NCBI GenBank assembly: GCA_049968255.1
Contig: JBMFRB010000002.1
Location: forward strand, 224,001 to 288,000
Length of the DNA stretch: 64,000 nt
Source of the DNA: Candidatus Sumerlaeaceae bacterium
Lineage (GTDB): Bacteria; Sumerlaeota; Sumerlaeia; Sumerlaeales; Sumerlaeaceae
Reading direction: 5' to 3'
The notes below the pieces were generated by a model, which saw nothing but the letters and a program-made list of their open reading frames with translations, did not search any database and was not told the DNA's origin. Within the stretch, counting starts at the first letter, position 1, and each line of letters starts with the position of its first letter. Positions 10,577-19,791 of the stretch are shown one piece after another. The position numbers were made by a program, and so were the translations under genes.

Positions 10577-10652
10577 GCGGGAGTAGCTCAGTTGGTAGAG
10601 CACTAGCCTTCCAAGCTTGTGGTCGCGGGTTCGAGTCCCGTCTCCCGCTCCA
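10577..10652 (+). tRNA. tRNA-Gly(TCC)
   Basis: GCGGGAG acceptor, AGCTCAGTTGGTAGAGC D-arm, CTTCCAA anticodon loop, GGTTCGAGTCC T-arm, encoded CCA. Confidence 0.97.
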
Positions 10653-10720
10653 TTTTTCGTAAAGGCATAGAAAAATGGGCGCAGCGTGATGCTGCGCCCG
10701 CGCTCCTCCCCCTCGAAGCC

Positions 10721-11119
10721 TCAATCACTGATCGCGATTTTCTTTGGCTTTGCCGCTTCTGCCTTTGCGAGCGTGAGCTTGAGCACGCCATTTTCATAGA
10801 CCGCGTTGATCTTTGACGGGTCCAAGCTTTGGCTCAGCACAAACGTGCGTCGGTAGCATCCATGCGGTCGTTCTTGGTGCAAGATTTCCGTGTTGCTTTC
10901 CTCCTCCGATTTGCGCCAGCCGACCACCGACAATTCATCTTGTTCGAGCGTCACCTCGATTTTGTCGCGCTCGACGCCGGGCATCTCGATTTCCACTACC
11001 ACGTGATCATCTACCTCGTAGACCGTGACCGGCGGTTCGATTGTTGGCGGGCGCCGTCCCCGTCCCTGCGTGCCCTGCTCCGCAACGGCCTCCGGATTGC
11101 GTTTCACGACCTTGTCCAT
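10721..11119 (-). CDS. Hsp20/alpha-crystallin small heat shock protein
   Basis: IEMPGV, ERPHGCYRRTF, AVYENGVLKLTLAK, PKKIAI tail; AAGGAGGTG SD before ATG 11119. Confidence 0.93.
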   Translation of the reverse strand: MDKVVKRNPEAVAEQGTQGRGRRPPTIEPPVTVYEVDDHVVVEIEMPGVERDKIEVTLEQDELSVVGWRKSEEESNTEILHQERPHGCYRRTFVLSQSLDPSKINAVYENGVLKLTLAKAEAAKPKKIAISD

Positions 11120-11143
11120 GCTCACACCTCCTTTCCCTGCCCC

Positions 11144-11599
11144 TTATTTGACCTCGATCGCAATCTGACGCGGCTTTGCCTCCTCACGCAGCGGCGCCGT
11201 GATCTCGAGCACGCCATCCGTAAATTTTGCTGCAATCTTTTCGGCGTCTACCGGATCTGGGAACTCCACCACCCGCTCGAACGAGCCAAATACTCGCTCG
11301 CGGCGATGATATGTCCCCTCTTTTGCCTCTGCCTCATGCTTTTTGGTTCCACGAATGAAGAGCCGGTTGTTGAGAACCGAAAGCTCGATATCGTCCTTTT
11401 TCACACCTGGCAGATCTACCCGCACGACATAACGATCTCCTTCCCGCAGCACATCGAGCGGCGGAACAAGATCGCCTTCGAACAAGGCAGTGCTCGATAC
11501 CGGTGCCAGCGTTTGGCTGAAGAGGCGGTTGACTTCCTCTTGCAACGTCATGAGTTCTTTCCATGGATTCCACCCGCGGCTCCTAACTGGAAGTGTCAT
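11144..11599 (-). CDS. Hsp20/alpha-crystallin small heat shock protein
   Basis: WNPWKEL..LQEEVNRLF, DLPGV, RERVFGSFER, FTDGVLEI, PRQIAI tail; AAGGAGG SD before ATG 11599. Confidence 0.95.
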   Translation of the reverse strand: MTLPVRSRGWNPWKELMTLQEEVNRLFSQTLAPVSSTALFEGDLVPPLDVLREGDRYVVRVDLPGVKKDDIELSVLNNRLFIRGTKKHEAEAKEGTYHRRERVFGSFERVVEFPDPVDAEKIAAKFTDGVLEITAPLREEAKPRQIAIEVK

Positions 11600-11641
11600 T
11601 GGTGTTCCCTCCTTTCTCTGTTGCTTCCGCAACTGCTCGAA

Positions 11642-11657
11642 AGCACCTAATATGCCG
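11642..11657 (-). promoter_or_regulatory. Putative sigma54 (-24/-12) promoter of the hsp20 pair
   Basis: Minus strand CGGCATATTAGGTGCT has GG-N10-GC spacing, about 45 nt upstream of the start codon, with AT-rich DNA further upstream. Confidence 0.45.
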
Positions 11658-11826
11658 TCTGTCAGCTATGTGTTGTATATTGTAAAAAGGTAACTTATAT
11701 GAAATAATCCGGCCTCTTTTCGAATTATGCCTAAAAATCGAGTCGTCAGGAAACACATTAGCGTGAGCTGCCCCAAAAACGCTTCATTAGGCCACAGTGG
11801 GAATGCGCAAAGCATCTTGCGGATAC

Positions 11827-13005
11827 ATGAGCGCAATGGCAAATTGGACCCTACTCATCGTTGGGGCGCTAGTGGGCGCATGGATCTGGCTTCTGTTCGA
11901 AGGGTTGCGTTTCCGAAAATGTGGTCGCTACTTGGAAACGCTGCCCTTGCCAAGTGAGGGCGAAGACGAGCTGCCAAAAATCTCGGTGGTCATTGCCGCG
12001 CGAAATGAGCAGGAGCGCATCGAAAGCTGCGTCGGCTCGCTATTCACCCAGCATTATCTTCCGCACGATGTGATCGTGGTAGATGATCGGTCGGAGGACG
12101 AGACCCCAACGATTTTAGCGCGTTTGCAAGCTAGCTTCGGCAGGCGTCTCAAGGTTTTGCGGGTCGAAACGCTCCCCGAGGGTTGGCTTGGAAAGTGTCA
12201 TGCTCTTCATTACGGCGCAAGTCAGGCCGAAGGTGACTACATCCTCTTTACGGATGCCGACGTAAGCTTCGCAAGCGACGTCTTGGGTAAAACTGTTAAG
12301 TACGTAAAAAGCGAGGACGTGGATTTCTTATGTGTTTTCCCCAAAATGGAATTGAAAAATTTTGGTGAGAAGCTTTTTGCGCTTGGTTTCGGCCAACTCT
12401 TCTTTGTAGCCTTTCGACCCCACCGCGCGGAGGCCAAACACTCTCCTGCATTTGTAGGGGTGGGAGCTTTCAACCTAATCCGTCGCCGTCTCTATGAGCG
12501 GTTTGGAGGCCATTCGCTACTTCGCTTGACGGTCGTAGATGATGTGGCGTTGGGGAAAATGGCCAAGTATGCTGGCGGCAAGGTTCGGCTTCTCCACACT
12601 CACGGTTCGGTTTGCGTGCGGTGGCAAAAAGGTTTGTGGGGATCGATTACAGGAGTCGAAAAGAATGCTTTCGCCGGTTTACGCTACTCGTGGTGGCGCA
12701 CGCTGGCTGCCACGTCGGTTGTCTTATTCCTCTGGTGGGGGCCCTGGATTTTGACACTGTCGCCCAGCGGTGGGGTCTCCCGCGTTATGGCAACGCTCGC
12801 CTGTATTCTCGAAGTGGGCTTAGCGTTGGGCGTGTGTCTGGGGTTGGAGATCAACACTGCCTTTAGTTTGCTCTCTCCGCTTGCTGTTGGGTTATGTGCT
12901 TTTGCGCTCCTTCGTTCCGCGTGGCTCACTACGGTGCACAGGGGAATCAACTGGCGCGGGACACATTACCCGTTAGACACGCTGAAAAAATATGACAAGC
13001 TGTGA
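11827..13005 (+). CDS. Membrane GT2 glycosyltransferase (HpnB/CrtQ-like)
   Basis: N-terminal TM, IAARNE, VDDRSED, WLGKCHAL, FTDAD, VVDDVALG, C-terminal TMs and WRG motif. Confidence 0.88.
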   Translation: MSAMANWTLLIVGALVGAWIWLLFEGLRFRKCGRYLETLPLPSEGEDELPKISVVIAARNEQERIESCVGSLFTQHYLPHDVIVVDDRSEDETPTILARLQASFGRRLKVLRVETLPEGWLGKCHALHYGASQAEGDYILFTDADVSFASDVLGKTVKYVKSEDVDFLCVFPKMELKNFGEKLFALGFGQLFFVAFRPHRAEAKHSPAFVGVGAFNLIRRRLYERFGGHSLLRLTVVDDVALGKMAKYAGGKVRLLHTHGSVCVRWQKGLWGSITGVEKNAFAGLRYSWWRTLAATSVVLFLWWGPWILTLSPSGGVSRVMATLACILEVGLALGVCLGLEINTAFSLLSPLAVGLCAFALLRSAWLTTVHRGINWRGTHYPLDTLKKYDKL

Positions 13006-13231
13006 AAAGATGAAGGTCGCCTGGGTTCTGGTTCCCTTTGCCTTTGCGGTGATTGCTGCACATCCTCGTGGAAACTCTAGCTAGTTTACTGGGGGAGTGA
13101 TTGTCGTTGCATCACGCTCTCGAGTTTGTATGGCGTATTGTTCAATGCTAAATGAAGTGACAAGATTTCTACCGAGTGGGGGGGTGAGTGCATTATGAAT
13201 GGCGCCCACATCGTAAGCAAGGAGCTTTCTT

Positions 13232-16135
13232 ATGCGTTTACTTATGCCTAGTCTCGAAACGTTGGTTCTGCTTGGATGGTGTGTGATGACAGTCTTCTCC
13301 AGCCCTGAGAGTTCGCTCGCGAAAAGCCCTCAACCGGTAAGCATCGACATAGATGGGCTGCGCGTTGAATGCACCCGTCCCGAGGATTTGTCGCTCAGTG
13401 TGGACGGAATCCCTTTTCTCGCGGCTCCCCAGCTCTATGTGGTCGCCAAGAATTGGAGTAGGAAGTACTATGCGTTCGAAGACGACGCGCAGTGCCTTAC
13501 GGGCCGTCGCCTGGAGAGGACGACGAGCGGAGGAGTGCAAATCATTTTTTCCCTTCAGAGCCCCAATGACGACTTCAAAGGCCAGCTGATCTATGAGATA
13601 GGGCGAGAAAAGAGATTTTGTGTTTTCGTCCGCGGTGAGCTTACCAGCCACACCGAAGCACGAATTGAACACCGTTTCGGACTGTGTGCGCCGGGGTGGT
13701 TTGTTGGCAGAACATGGCAGGCACTCAGCCAGGATGGTTCAACAACCACCGGTGTTGCTCCTATCCTCGCCCGTAGTGGGTCGCTCAAAGAGATGACGCT
13801 TGTTGAATCTTTTCGAGAACTTGCCATCGCCTCAAGGCTGTACTCTCTACTGGTGAGATCACACGGCGACTATCGATTTGCTCTTTTAGATTACCGAGAA
13901 AGTCCCTACAATGGGGGTGAGCTCTGCTACTGGCTGGGAATTCTCGAGAGCAAGATCGAATTATGCCGGCCGTTCGAGTACGGGGTCGAAATCAATTTCG
14001 CGGCGCGTCCAGGGCGACTGGCAAGTGGGGTCAAGACGACCACGGAGCCAGTTCGTCCTGTAGACATTGTACTTTGCGCCGATCACGGTGTGGACCGGAT
14101 TTTACCACAGCCCAAAAGGTTCCTCAGGCACGAAGGAGAAACTCCGATCCCGTCGCGCTGGAGCGTTGTGTTGAAGGGAGCGCAGCCTCTCGTTGAGCAA
14201 CGAGAGGCACGGGATCTCATTGGTCGCATTTTGGCCACGGAAGCAGGCCGTTTTGGGACAAGTTTGGAATTCACGGCAAAAACTTCCCATGATGCTTCCG
14301 CGCTCCAGATCGAATTTACAGAAGCTGCCCGCCGCGCGGAGCAAGCGGGAAAATTCGACTATTATCGGCTTTTTGCGGGCGCTGGCGGTGTCCACATCGA
14401 AGTGGGAACGACGGGTGGTTTGCGTTGCAGTTTGGCTTCCTTGATCCAGTTGCTGCAATGGCGGAACGGGCGTGCATGCATTGCGCATTGTGACATCGAA
14501 GATTTCAGCGATATGCCTGTGCGAGCTGTGCACTTTTTTACCGGCAAGAACGGGCGAGATCTGCAAATCAACATGCTGCGCTCCGTGCTACTGCCCCTAA
14601 AGTTTAACATGATCATTTATCAATGTGATTATCTTGAATGGGAGTCGGTCCCGCAACTGCGCCATGAGCGCTACGGAATGTCGAAAGCTGAGGCACGGGC
14701 TGTGATCGAGGAAGCCAGGCGTCTTGGTTTCGAAGTTGTGCCGCTCGTAAACACCTTTGGTCACTGCGAATGGCTACTTGAGAACGATCACTTTCGTCAT
14801 CTTGCTGACAATCCCGCCAGACCTTACGCCTATGACCCATCGAATCCCCAGGTCTACGAAATCTGCGAGCGGATTTATTCGGAGGCGATCGATCTGTTCC
14901 GTCCGCGATTGTTCCACATCGGTCATGACGAGGTAACGCTTTACGGTTTTCCCGAAAAGCCTGCAAACAAGCAACGTGGCGCTGAGAGACTCTTTTACGA
15001 GGATACTCTGCACTATTACGAGTGGCTACGTTCTCGTGGGGTGCGCATGATGATGTGGGGCGATCAACTTCTCGCACCCGGTGAAGGTGCGGGGGCAACA
15101 CTTGCCCATAGTAAAGAACAGGCGAAATGGCTGCGCGAAGTACTTCCGAAAGATATCATTATCGCCGACTGGCATTATGATCCAAATCCCCCCGAGGAAT
15201 TTACGAATCTCCGCGTGCTCACGGAGGCGGGTTTTGACGTTTTGGCGTGCACGTGGTATTCGCCGCTCAATATCCTGCGATTTGCCAAAGCAGTCGAAAT
15301 TGAACGCCGGCGCGTGGCTTCTGTTTCAAAGCAAGGGCCTCGCCAAGGCGAAGTGCTCGGCCTCATGCAGACAACGTGGGCGGGTTACTCTTTTGATCAA
15401 GAATCTTTCGACTCGTCGCTGGATCAGTATGCTGCATATGTGCTTGCTGGCCAGGCCGCATGGACTGGCGGCGCACACGAGTTGCGAGAAGTGCCTTTTG
15501 ACTATCGTCAAGAATTCGCCAGGCTGTGGACTCGCGAACTTCTTCCCCCCGTTGAGAGGAAAGGATGGGTGGCAAATCTCTCGGCTGCAGCTAATTTGCC
15601 GCTTGACGGGTCGAAGTTCTGCGAGTTCGTTGTTGGTGATGCACACTCCAGCAGTTTTGCGGGGTTGGAGCCAGGGGAGCAGCAGTTAGGACGTTGGAAG
15701 GTCAGTATTCCCCGCGTTGGTACTGGGCCTGGAGCCGTGCTTTTTGAAGGCCAATTCAATCCTGAGGGACCATGGCTCAGAGAGCTCACGGTGCCAGTCA
15801 ACAGGCCAGCTCAGGCACTGTTTTTCGTGGTCGCTTCAACTGTGGGCGGACCGCGCATGGCCCCGATTGCAGTTACGACGGTCGAGTTTGACGATAGTTC
15901 CACTGCGTCTCTCAAATGGCGCCCCGGCGTGACCGTTTTCGGCTTGGAAGATGGGCGCAGCGCGCCGCGTGTTCCTGTGGTGTGGCAAAACCAGGAGCAA
16001 GGAAAAGCACCGCGATATGTGCATGGTTATGTGTGGAAGAATCCGTCTCCTGAAAAAGCGATCAAATGTGTAAAAACGGAAACAACTTACCGCGGTGGGG
16101 CTCTGCTTCTCTTTGCGCTCAGTGGGTTAGAGTAA
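13232..16135 (+). CDS. Secreted multidomain GH20 beta-N-acetylhexosaminidase
   Basis: Signal peptide; IEDFSDMPVRAVH, PLVNTFGH, FHIGHDEV catalytic DE, MMWGD, ADWHY; AAGGAG SD. Confidence 0.85.
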   Translation: MRLLMPSLETLVLLGWCVMTVFSSPESSLAKSPQPVSIDIDGLRVECTRPEDLSLSVDGIPFLAAPQLYVVAKNWSRKYYAFEDDAQCLTGRRLERTTSGGVQIIFSLQSPNDDFKGQLIYEIGREKRFCVFVRGELTSHTEARIEHRFGLCAPGWFVGRTWQALSQDGSTTTGVAPILARSGSLKEMTLVESFRELAIASRLYSLLVRSHGDYRFALLDYRESPYNGGELCYWLGILESKIELCRPFEYGVEINFAARPGRLASGVKTTTEPVRPVDIVLCADHGVDRILPQPKRFLRHEGETPIPSRWSVVLKGAQPLVEQREARDLIGRILATEAGRFGTSLEFTAKTSHDASALQIEFTEAARRAEQAGKFDYYRLFAGAGGVHIEVGTTGGLRCSLASLIQLLQWRNGRACIAHCDIEDFSDMPVRAVHFFTGKNGRDLQINMLRSVLLPLKFNMIIYQCDYLEWESVPQLRHERYGMSKAEARAVIEEARRLGFEVVPLVNTFGHCEWLLENDHFRHLADNPARPYAYDPSNPQVYEICERIYSEAIDLFRPRLFHIGHDEVTLYGFPEKPANKQRGAERLFYEDTLHYYEWLRSRGVRMMMWGDQLLAPGEGAGATLAHSKEQAKWLREVLPKDIIIADWHYDPNPPEEFTNLRVLTEAGFDVLACTWYSPLNILRFAKAVEIERRRVASVSKQGPRQGEVLGLMQTTWAGYSFDQESFDSSLDQYAAYVLAGQAAWTGGAHELREVPFDYRQEFARLWTRELLPPVERKGWVANLSAAANLPLDGSKFCEFVVGDAHSSSFAGLEPGEQQLGRWKVSIPRVGTGPGAVLFEGQFNPEGPWLRELTVPVNRPAQALFFVVASTVGGPRMAPIAVTTVEFDDSSTASLKWRPGVTVFGLEDGRSAPRVPVVWQNQEQGKAPRYVHGYVWKNPSPEKAIKCVKTETTYRGGALLLFALSGLE

Positions 16136-16166
16136 AGGATAGCAGTGCTTAGCCAGAGCTGCCCCG

Positions 16167-17465
16167 TTATTGAAAGATGTTTTCGAAAATGGCGCGCAGT
16201 CGCACGCCACCTAGCTCTTCCGGGAAGACAACTCGGCGCACCGAACCGCTTGCTCGCGCGAGTCCTTCCACAAGAGGCGAAACGCTAGCAATGTCAACGT
16301 ATTGGCCCTTGCGGCCACGCAGCTCAACCAGCACATGATGGTACGATTGACTATCACGCGGATCGTAAGGGCGGTAGGCAACGTTTTTCCCTTCGTAGAG
16401 CATCAAGAAATAGCGCGAATCAAAACCGGTCTGAGAAATAATTTCGCGCGCTGCGGCGAGTTTTTTCTTGATGTTCTTTGCCGTGGAAACGTCGAGCGTC
16501 TTGAATAGTCGGCGCACGAGAAGACCATGAGCCAAGGTACTCAGCACGGGATCTGAGGTATCTTGCCACTGGCTGAGGGTGTGTAGCAAGGTGTCATCGG
16601 TAATGGAAAGAAAATCCTCGATCGTTACTGTCGCTGGCGCTGCAAGTATGCGGGAAAGAGCAGGGGGAATCGGAATCAATTTTTTCTGTGGGCTTGCACA
16701 AAGTTCTTTGGCTCGACGAAGGACGAGCACCAACATCGACTCGGCGGCGCGGACGGTTTTGTGAAAATAGACCTGCGTGTACATGTGGTAGCGTGCTTGC
16801 AGATACTTTTCGACGGGCGGAATGCCGTTGGCAGCCACGACGATTCGTTCTCCGGTTGCATCAAGGTGTAGCACATGAATGAGGCGTTCAAGTTCATACA
16901 CTCCGTACTTTACGCCGGTCACGAGGCTGTCGCGCAGCAAATAGTCAAAACGATCTGCGTCAAGTTGGGATGTGATGATCTGGGAGAGGAAAGGGGGACG
17001 ACTTCTGCCATGGAGAATCTCGACGATTGTTTTAGGTAAGCGCTGCGAAAAGGCTGTGAGAAGTTGGTAAACGTCGCTGGTTGGGTCGAGGAGCAGGCGC
17101 TTGGTCCACACCTCATGAGGCACACCTGTCACTTGCTCGAATACGTGTGAAAATGGTCCGTGGCCGATGTCGTGCAAAAGGGCGGCGCATCTTACGGCAA
17201 GCCGCTGAAAAGGGGAGATTTGCCATTCCTTTGCCAGATGGTCGAGAATGCGCGTGGCGAGATACATTACACCCAATGAGTGCGTGAAGCGACTGTGTTC
17301 GGCACCTTGATAGGCATAATAGGCCATGCCGAGTTGACGAATCCGCCGCAAGCGTTGCATTGGTGCAGAGTCAATCAGTTGCATGAGCAACCGATCTTCC
17401 GCCGAGTTTTTGTTCAACGCGATGAGGTCATGAACTGGGTCGCGATAGAGCTTTTCGACAATCAC
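16167..17465 (-). CDS. HD-domain phosphohydrolase (SAMHD1-like dNTPase family)
   Basis: RDPVH, QRLRRIRQLG, HSRFTHSLG, LLHDIGHGPFSH, LDADRFDYLLRD, MYTQVYFH. Confidence 0.92.
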   Translation of the reverse strand: MIVEKLYRDPVHDLIALNKNSAEDRLLMQLIDSAPMQRLRRIRQLGMAYYAYQGAEHSRFTHSLGVMYLATRILDHLAKEWQISPFQRLAVRCAALLHDIGHGPFSHVFEQVTGVPHEVWTKRLLLDPTSDVYQLLTAFSQRLPKTIVEILHGRSRPPFLSQIITSQLDADRFDYLLRDSLVTGVKYGVYELERLIHVLHLDATGERIVVAANGIPPVEKYLQARYHMYTQVYFHKTVRAAESMLVLVLRRAKELCASPQKKLIPIPPALSRILAAPATVTIEDFLSITDDTLLHTLSQWQDTSDPVLSTLAHGLLVRRLFKTLDVSTAKNIKKKLAAAREIISQTGFDSRYFLMLYEGKNVAYRPYDPRDSQSYHHVLVELRGRKGQYVDIASVSPLVEGLARASGSVRRVVFPEELGGVRLRAIFENIFQ

Positions 17466-17598
17466 GTTGAGTTCTCTCTTTTTTTATGCCTGGGTGCAAT
17501 CTCAGGCGCTTGCAAGTCGCGGAGGACATCGCTTTGTAATTGCAAAGCGTGCGCTGTTTTTCCTTCCTATTATGCAGATAAAAGGGCAAGGTTAGGCA

Positions 17599-17970
17599 AT
17601 GGCAAGAAACGTTTGGAAATGGACGCCGCTGGTGGCGATGCTGATTATTCTTTCGCCTCAGCAGATGTGGGCGTATGGTGCACGCAGCGGGGACAACAGT
17701 ATTCTCACGCTGCCGGAGCGTCTCGTTTATGGAGCACTCGCCATCCCTGGAAAAATTGGACGCACGATGTTCCCGCGTACGACGGCGAATGTGGGCAATT
17801 ACACGCGTGCTGCAGAACGTACGACTGGGCAAGCGGTTCGCGGAACGGCGAATGTAGGCAAAAAAGTCCTGAGCACGACAGGAAAGGTTGTTGAAGGCAC
17901 GGTGAGTGCCGCAACTCGCGCAGTCAGCAGTATAGCCGGGACGGTCATTCGCGCAGCACGTTCACGCTGA
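17599..17970 (+). CDS. Small secreted Thr/Ala/Gly/Val-rich hypothetical protein
   Basis: Signal peptide ending MWA; degenerate internal repeats (TANVG x2, TTG x2). Confidence 0.6.
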   Translation: MARNVWKWTPLVAMLIILSPQQMWAYGARSGDNSILTLPERLVYGALAIPGKIGRTMFPRTTANVGNYTRAAERTTGQAVRGTANVGKKVLSTTGKVVEGTVSAATRAVSSIAGTVIRAARSR

Positions 17971-17973
17971 GCC

Positions 17974-18744
17974 ATGTCGCGGGCCATGCTACGAATTGTT
18001 GATCTGTCTATTTCCGTTCTCATATCTCTATTGTTTGCGTTGTTCTTGTCCTCAGCGCGAGGACAGGATGCCCTTACACCGAGTTCGCCGGGGACACAGT
18101 CGCCGGAGAGTGCCCCGCTAGGCGACGTTGTTCCACTTGATCTTGACGAAGTGGCGGCCGAGATTTTGGAAACGTACTCGTTTGCGCTCGGCAGATACGA
18201 TGATGTTGTCTTTGGTCGAGAGAATTGGAAAGGGCCCGACGACGCTTCGCTCAACTGTAGCGTCTCGTTCACCCCTACAGCCCTCTACGTGGAGGGCGAC
18301 TTCGTGGATGATTTTCCCTTCTGCCAGAAGACTATTCACCCTGCAAAGCCCAAATGGTGGAAGCTGGGTTACGGCGCAGACGGCATTGTGATTACTCTTG
18401 AGGACCTCACATCAGCCACCCAGCGCGTGTCCTTCGCACTCAACTGGAGCGCCCAAGCAGTTCATCCCCGCGTTGACATTATCGAGTCCCTCCTTGCGAC
18501 CGCTCCAGATTTTGCGCGGAGCGGCTGTCTTCAACTGAAGGATGCAGAAGCACCGTTGGAAAAGCGTAGCGTGCGAGCGATCAAATTTCGTGCTGGCGTG
18601 TCCATTACCGAGCTTGCCGATCCTCAGTTTTTTGAGAAGCCACTACGAATTGTGGTAGAGCTCTACGATGTGGACGGCGATTATTTCTCCGCTAGTGTTC
18701 TGCGGCAGCAACAGCGAACGGCAAATAGAGGTAGCCAACGTTAG
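17974..18744 (+). CDS. Secreted hypothetical protein, possible CBM9/DOMON-like sugar-binding fold
   Basis: Signal peptide; W.GPDDAS....ALYV...VDD, W...ADGI, YDVD pattern. Confidence 0.55.
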   Translation: MSRAMLRIVDLSISVLISLLFALFLSSARGQDALTPSSPGTQSPESAPLGDVVPLDLDEVAAEILETYSFALGRYDDVVFGRENWKGPDDASLNCSVSFTPTALYVEGDFVDDFPFCQKTIHPAKPKWWKLGYGADGIVITLEDLTSATQRVSFALNWSAQAVHPRVDIIESLLATAPDFARSGCLQLKDAEAPLEKRSVRAIKFRAGVSITELADPQFFEKPLRIVVELYDVDGDYFSASVLRQQQRTANRGSQR

Positions 18745-19565
18745 ACGAGTTTAGCATCGGCTATTCCCATGTGGTTGACGGGTCCATTTCCATGCCCCAG
18801 AGGCAAAGCACTAGCCAGTGCAAAGCGGAGATAGCAACGAGCGAGCTGAACTGCCTCAAAAACGCTCCTTCCGCGCGCCAGCTCAACGCAAATGGCAGCA
18901 GCGAGAGCACAGCCGCTGCCGTGGGTGTGCGGCGTTTGAATCCGGGGAGACTCCAGCGTTTCAAGCCGATGGTCGTCGTGGAAAATATCGTACACCGTGT
19001 GCTTGCTGCCATACGAAGCATCCCCGCCTTTTAGCAGAACCGCTTTTGCGCCTTTGGCTTTTATCAGCCGTGCGGCTTCCACAGCTGAAGCCAGATCGGT
19101 GATTTCGCACTCTGCCAAGATCTGCGCCTCATGGAAGTTTGGCGTGACAACGGCGGCACGGGGAATTAGCTCCACGGCTAGCGTCTGAATCGCATCCTCT
19201 GAAAGCAAGCGAGCGCCAGTTGTGGAAACCATGACGGGATCCACCACCAGCGGAATGTCTGGATAAGAGCGAAGAGTTTCCGCAACAGCATTCACAATTG
19301 CGGCATTGGCCAACATGCCCGTTTTCGCAGCATCGCAACCAATATCGTCGAGCACGACGCGTATTTGCTCTGCTACAAATCCTGGGGGAACCTCATGAAT
19401 TGCTGTCACACCTGTTGTGTTCTGCGCGGTGAGCGCCGTAATAGCGCTCATGCCGTAGGCGCCAAGCACTGTGAAGGTTTTGAGGTCTCCTTGGATACCG
19501 GCGCCGCCGCCAGAGTCGCTTCCGGCAATGGTTAGGCAGCGAGGTGGCATTTTTCCGTGAGTCAT
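18741..19565 (-). CDS. thiD: Hydroxymethylpyrimidine/phosphomethylpyrimidine kinase
   Basis: [45 protein letters not shown]; the ORF-track extension overlaps tRNA-Leu and was trimmed. Confidence 0.95.
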   Translation of the reverse strand: MTHGKMPPRCLTIAGSDSGGGAGIQGDLKTFTVLGAYGMSAITALTAQNTTGVTAIHEVPPGFVAEQIRVVLDDIGCDAAKTGMLANAAIVNAVAETLRSYPDIPLVVDPVMVSTTGARLLSEDAIQTLAVELIPRAAVVTPNFHEAQILAECEITDLASAVEAARLIKAKGAKAVLLKGGDASYGSKHTVYDIFHDDHRLETLESPRIQTPHTHGSGCALAAAICVELARGRSVFEAVQLARCYLRFALASALPLGHGNGPVNHMGIADAKLV

Positions 19566-19616
19566 GTTGGAAATAATCTTTGTGCTTTTTCGGTAAATCA
19601 ACGCGGAAAACTGAAA

Positions 19617-19702
19617 GCCGAAGTGGCGGAATGGCAGACGCAGAGGACTCAAAATCCTCCGTGGGCAACCACGTGTGGGTTCGACTCCCACCTTCGGCAC
19701 CA
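19617..19702 (+). tRNA. tRNA-Leu(CAA)
   Basis: GCCGAAG acceptor, GAGGA-CTCAAAA-TCCTC anticodon arm, long variable arm, GGTTCGACTCC, encoded CCA. Confidence 0.97.
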
Positions 19703-19791
19703 CGGCGTTTTTTCTTCACCGTACGATGCTCCAGGTACAGCAACACGGGGGAGAGCTGTTTTTTTGCTAACGATCCTCGAGAGGGAAGCAG

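Noticed and set aside
10829-11650. 273-aa + strand ORF
   Set aside because: Antisense shadow of the two Hsp20 genes; no motif of its own
11700-11800. CIRCE-like element near the hsp20 genes
   Set aside because: TTAGCGTGA... does not form the TTAGCACTC-N9-GAGTGCTAA palindrome
16167-17465. HD dNTPase as an anti-phage defence gene
   Set aside because: Looks like the widespread housekeeping SAMHD1-like family and has no defence-island neighbours
10653-19702. Possible genomic island bounded by tRNA-Gly and tRNA-Leu
   Set aside because: No integrase, no duplicated tRNA 3' end, ordinary composition and core genes such as thiD inside
19566-19703. N-terminal extension of the thiD ORF
   Set aside because: It is the antisense of tRNA-Leu
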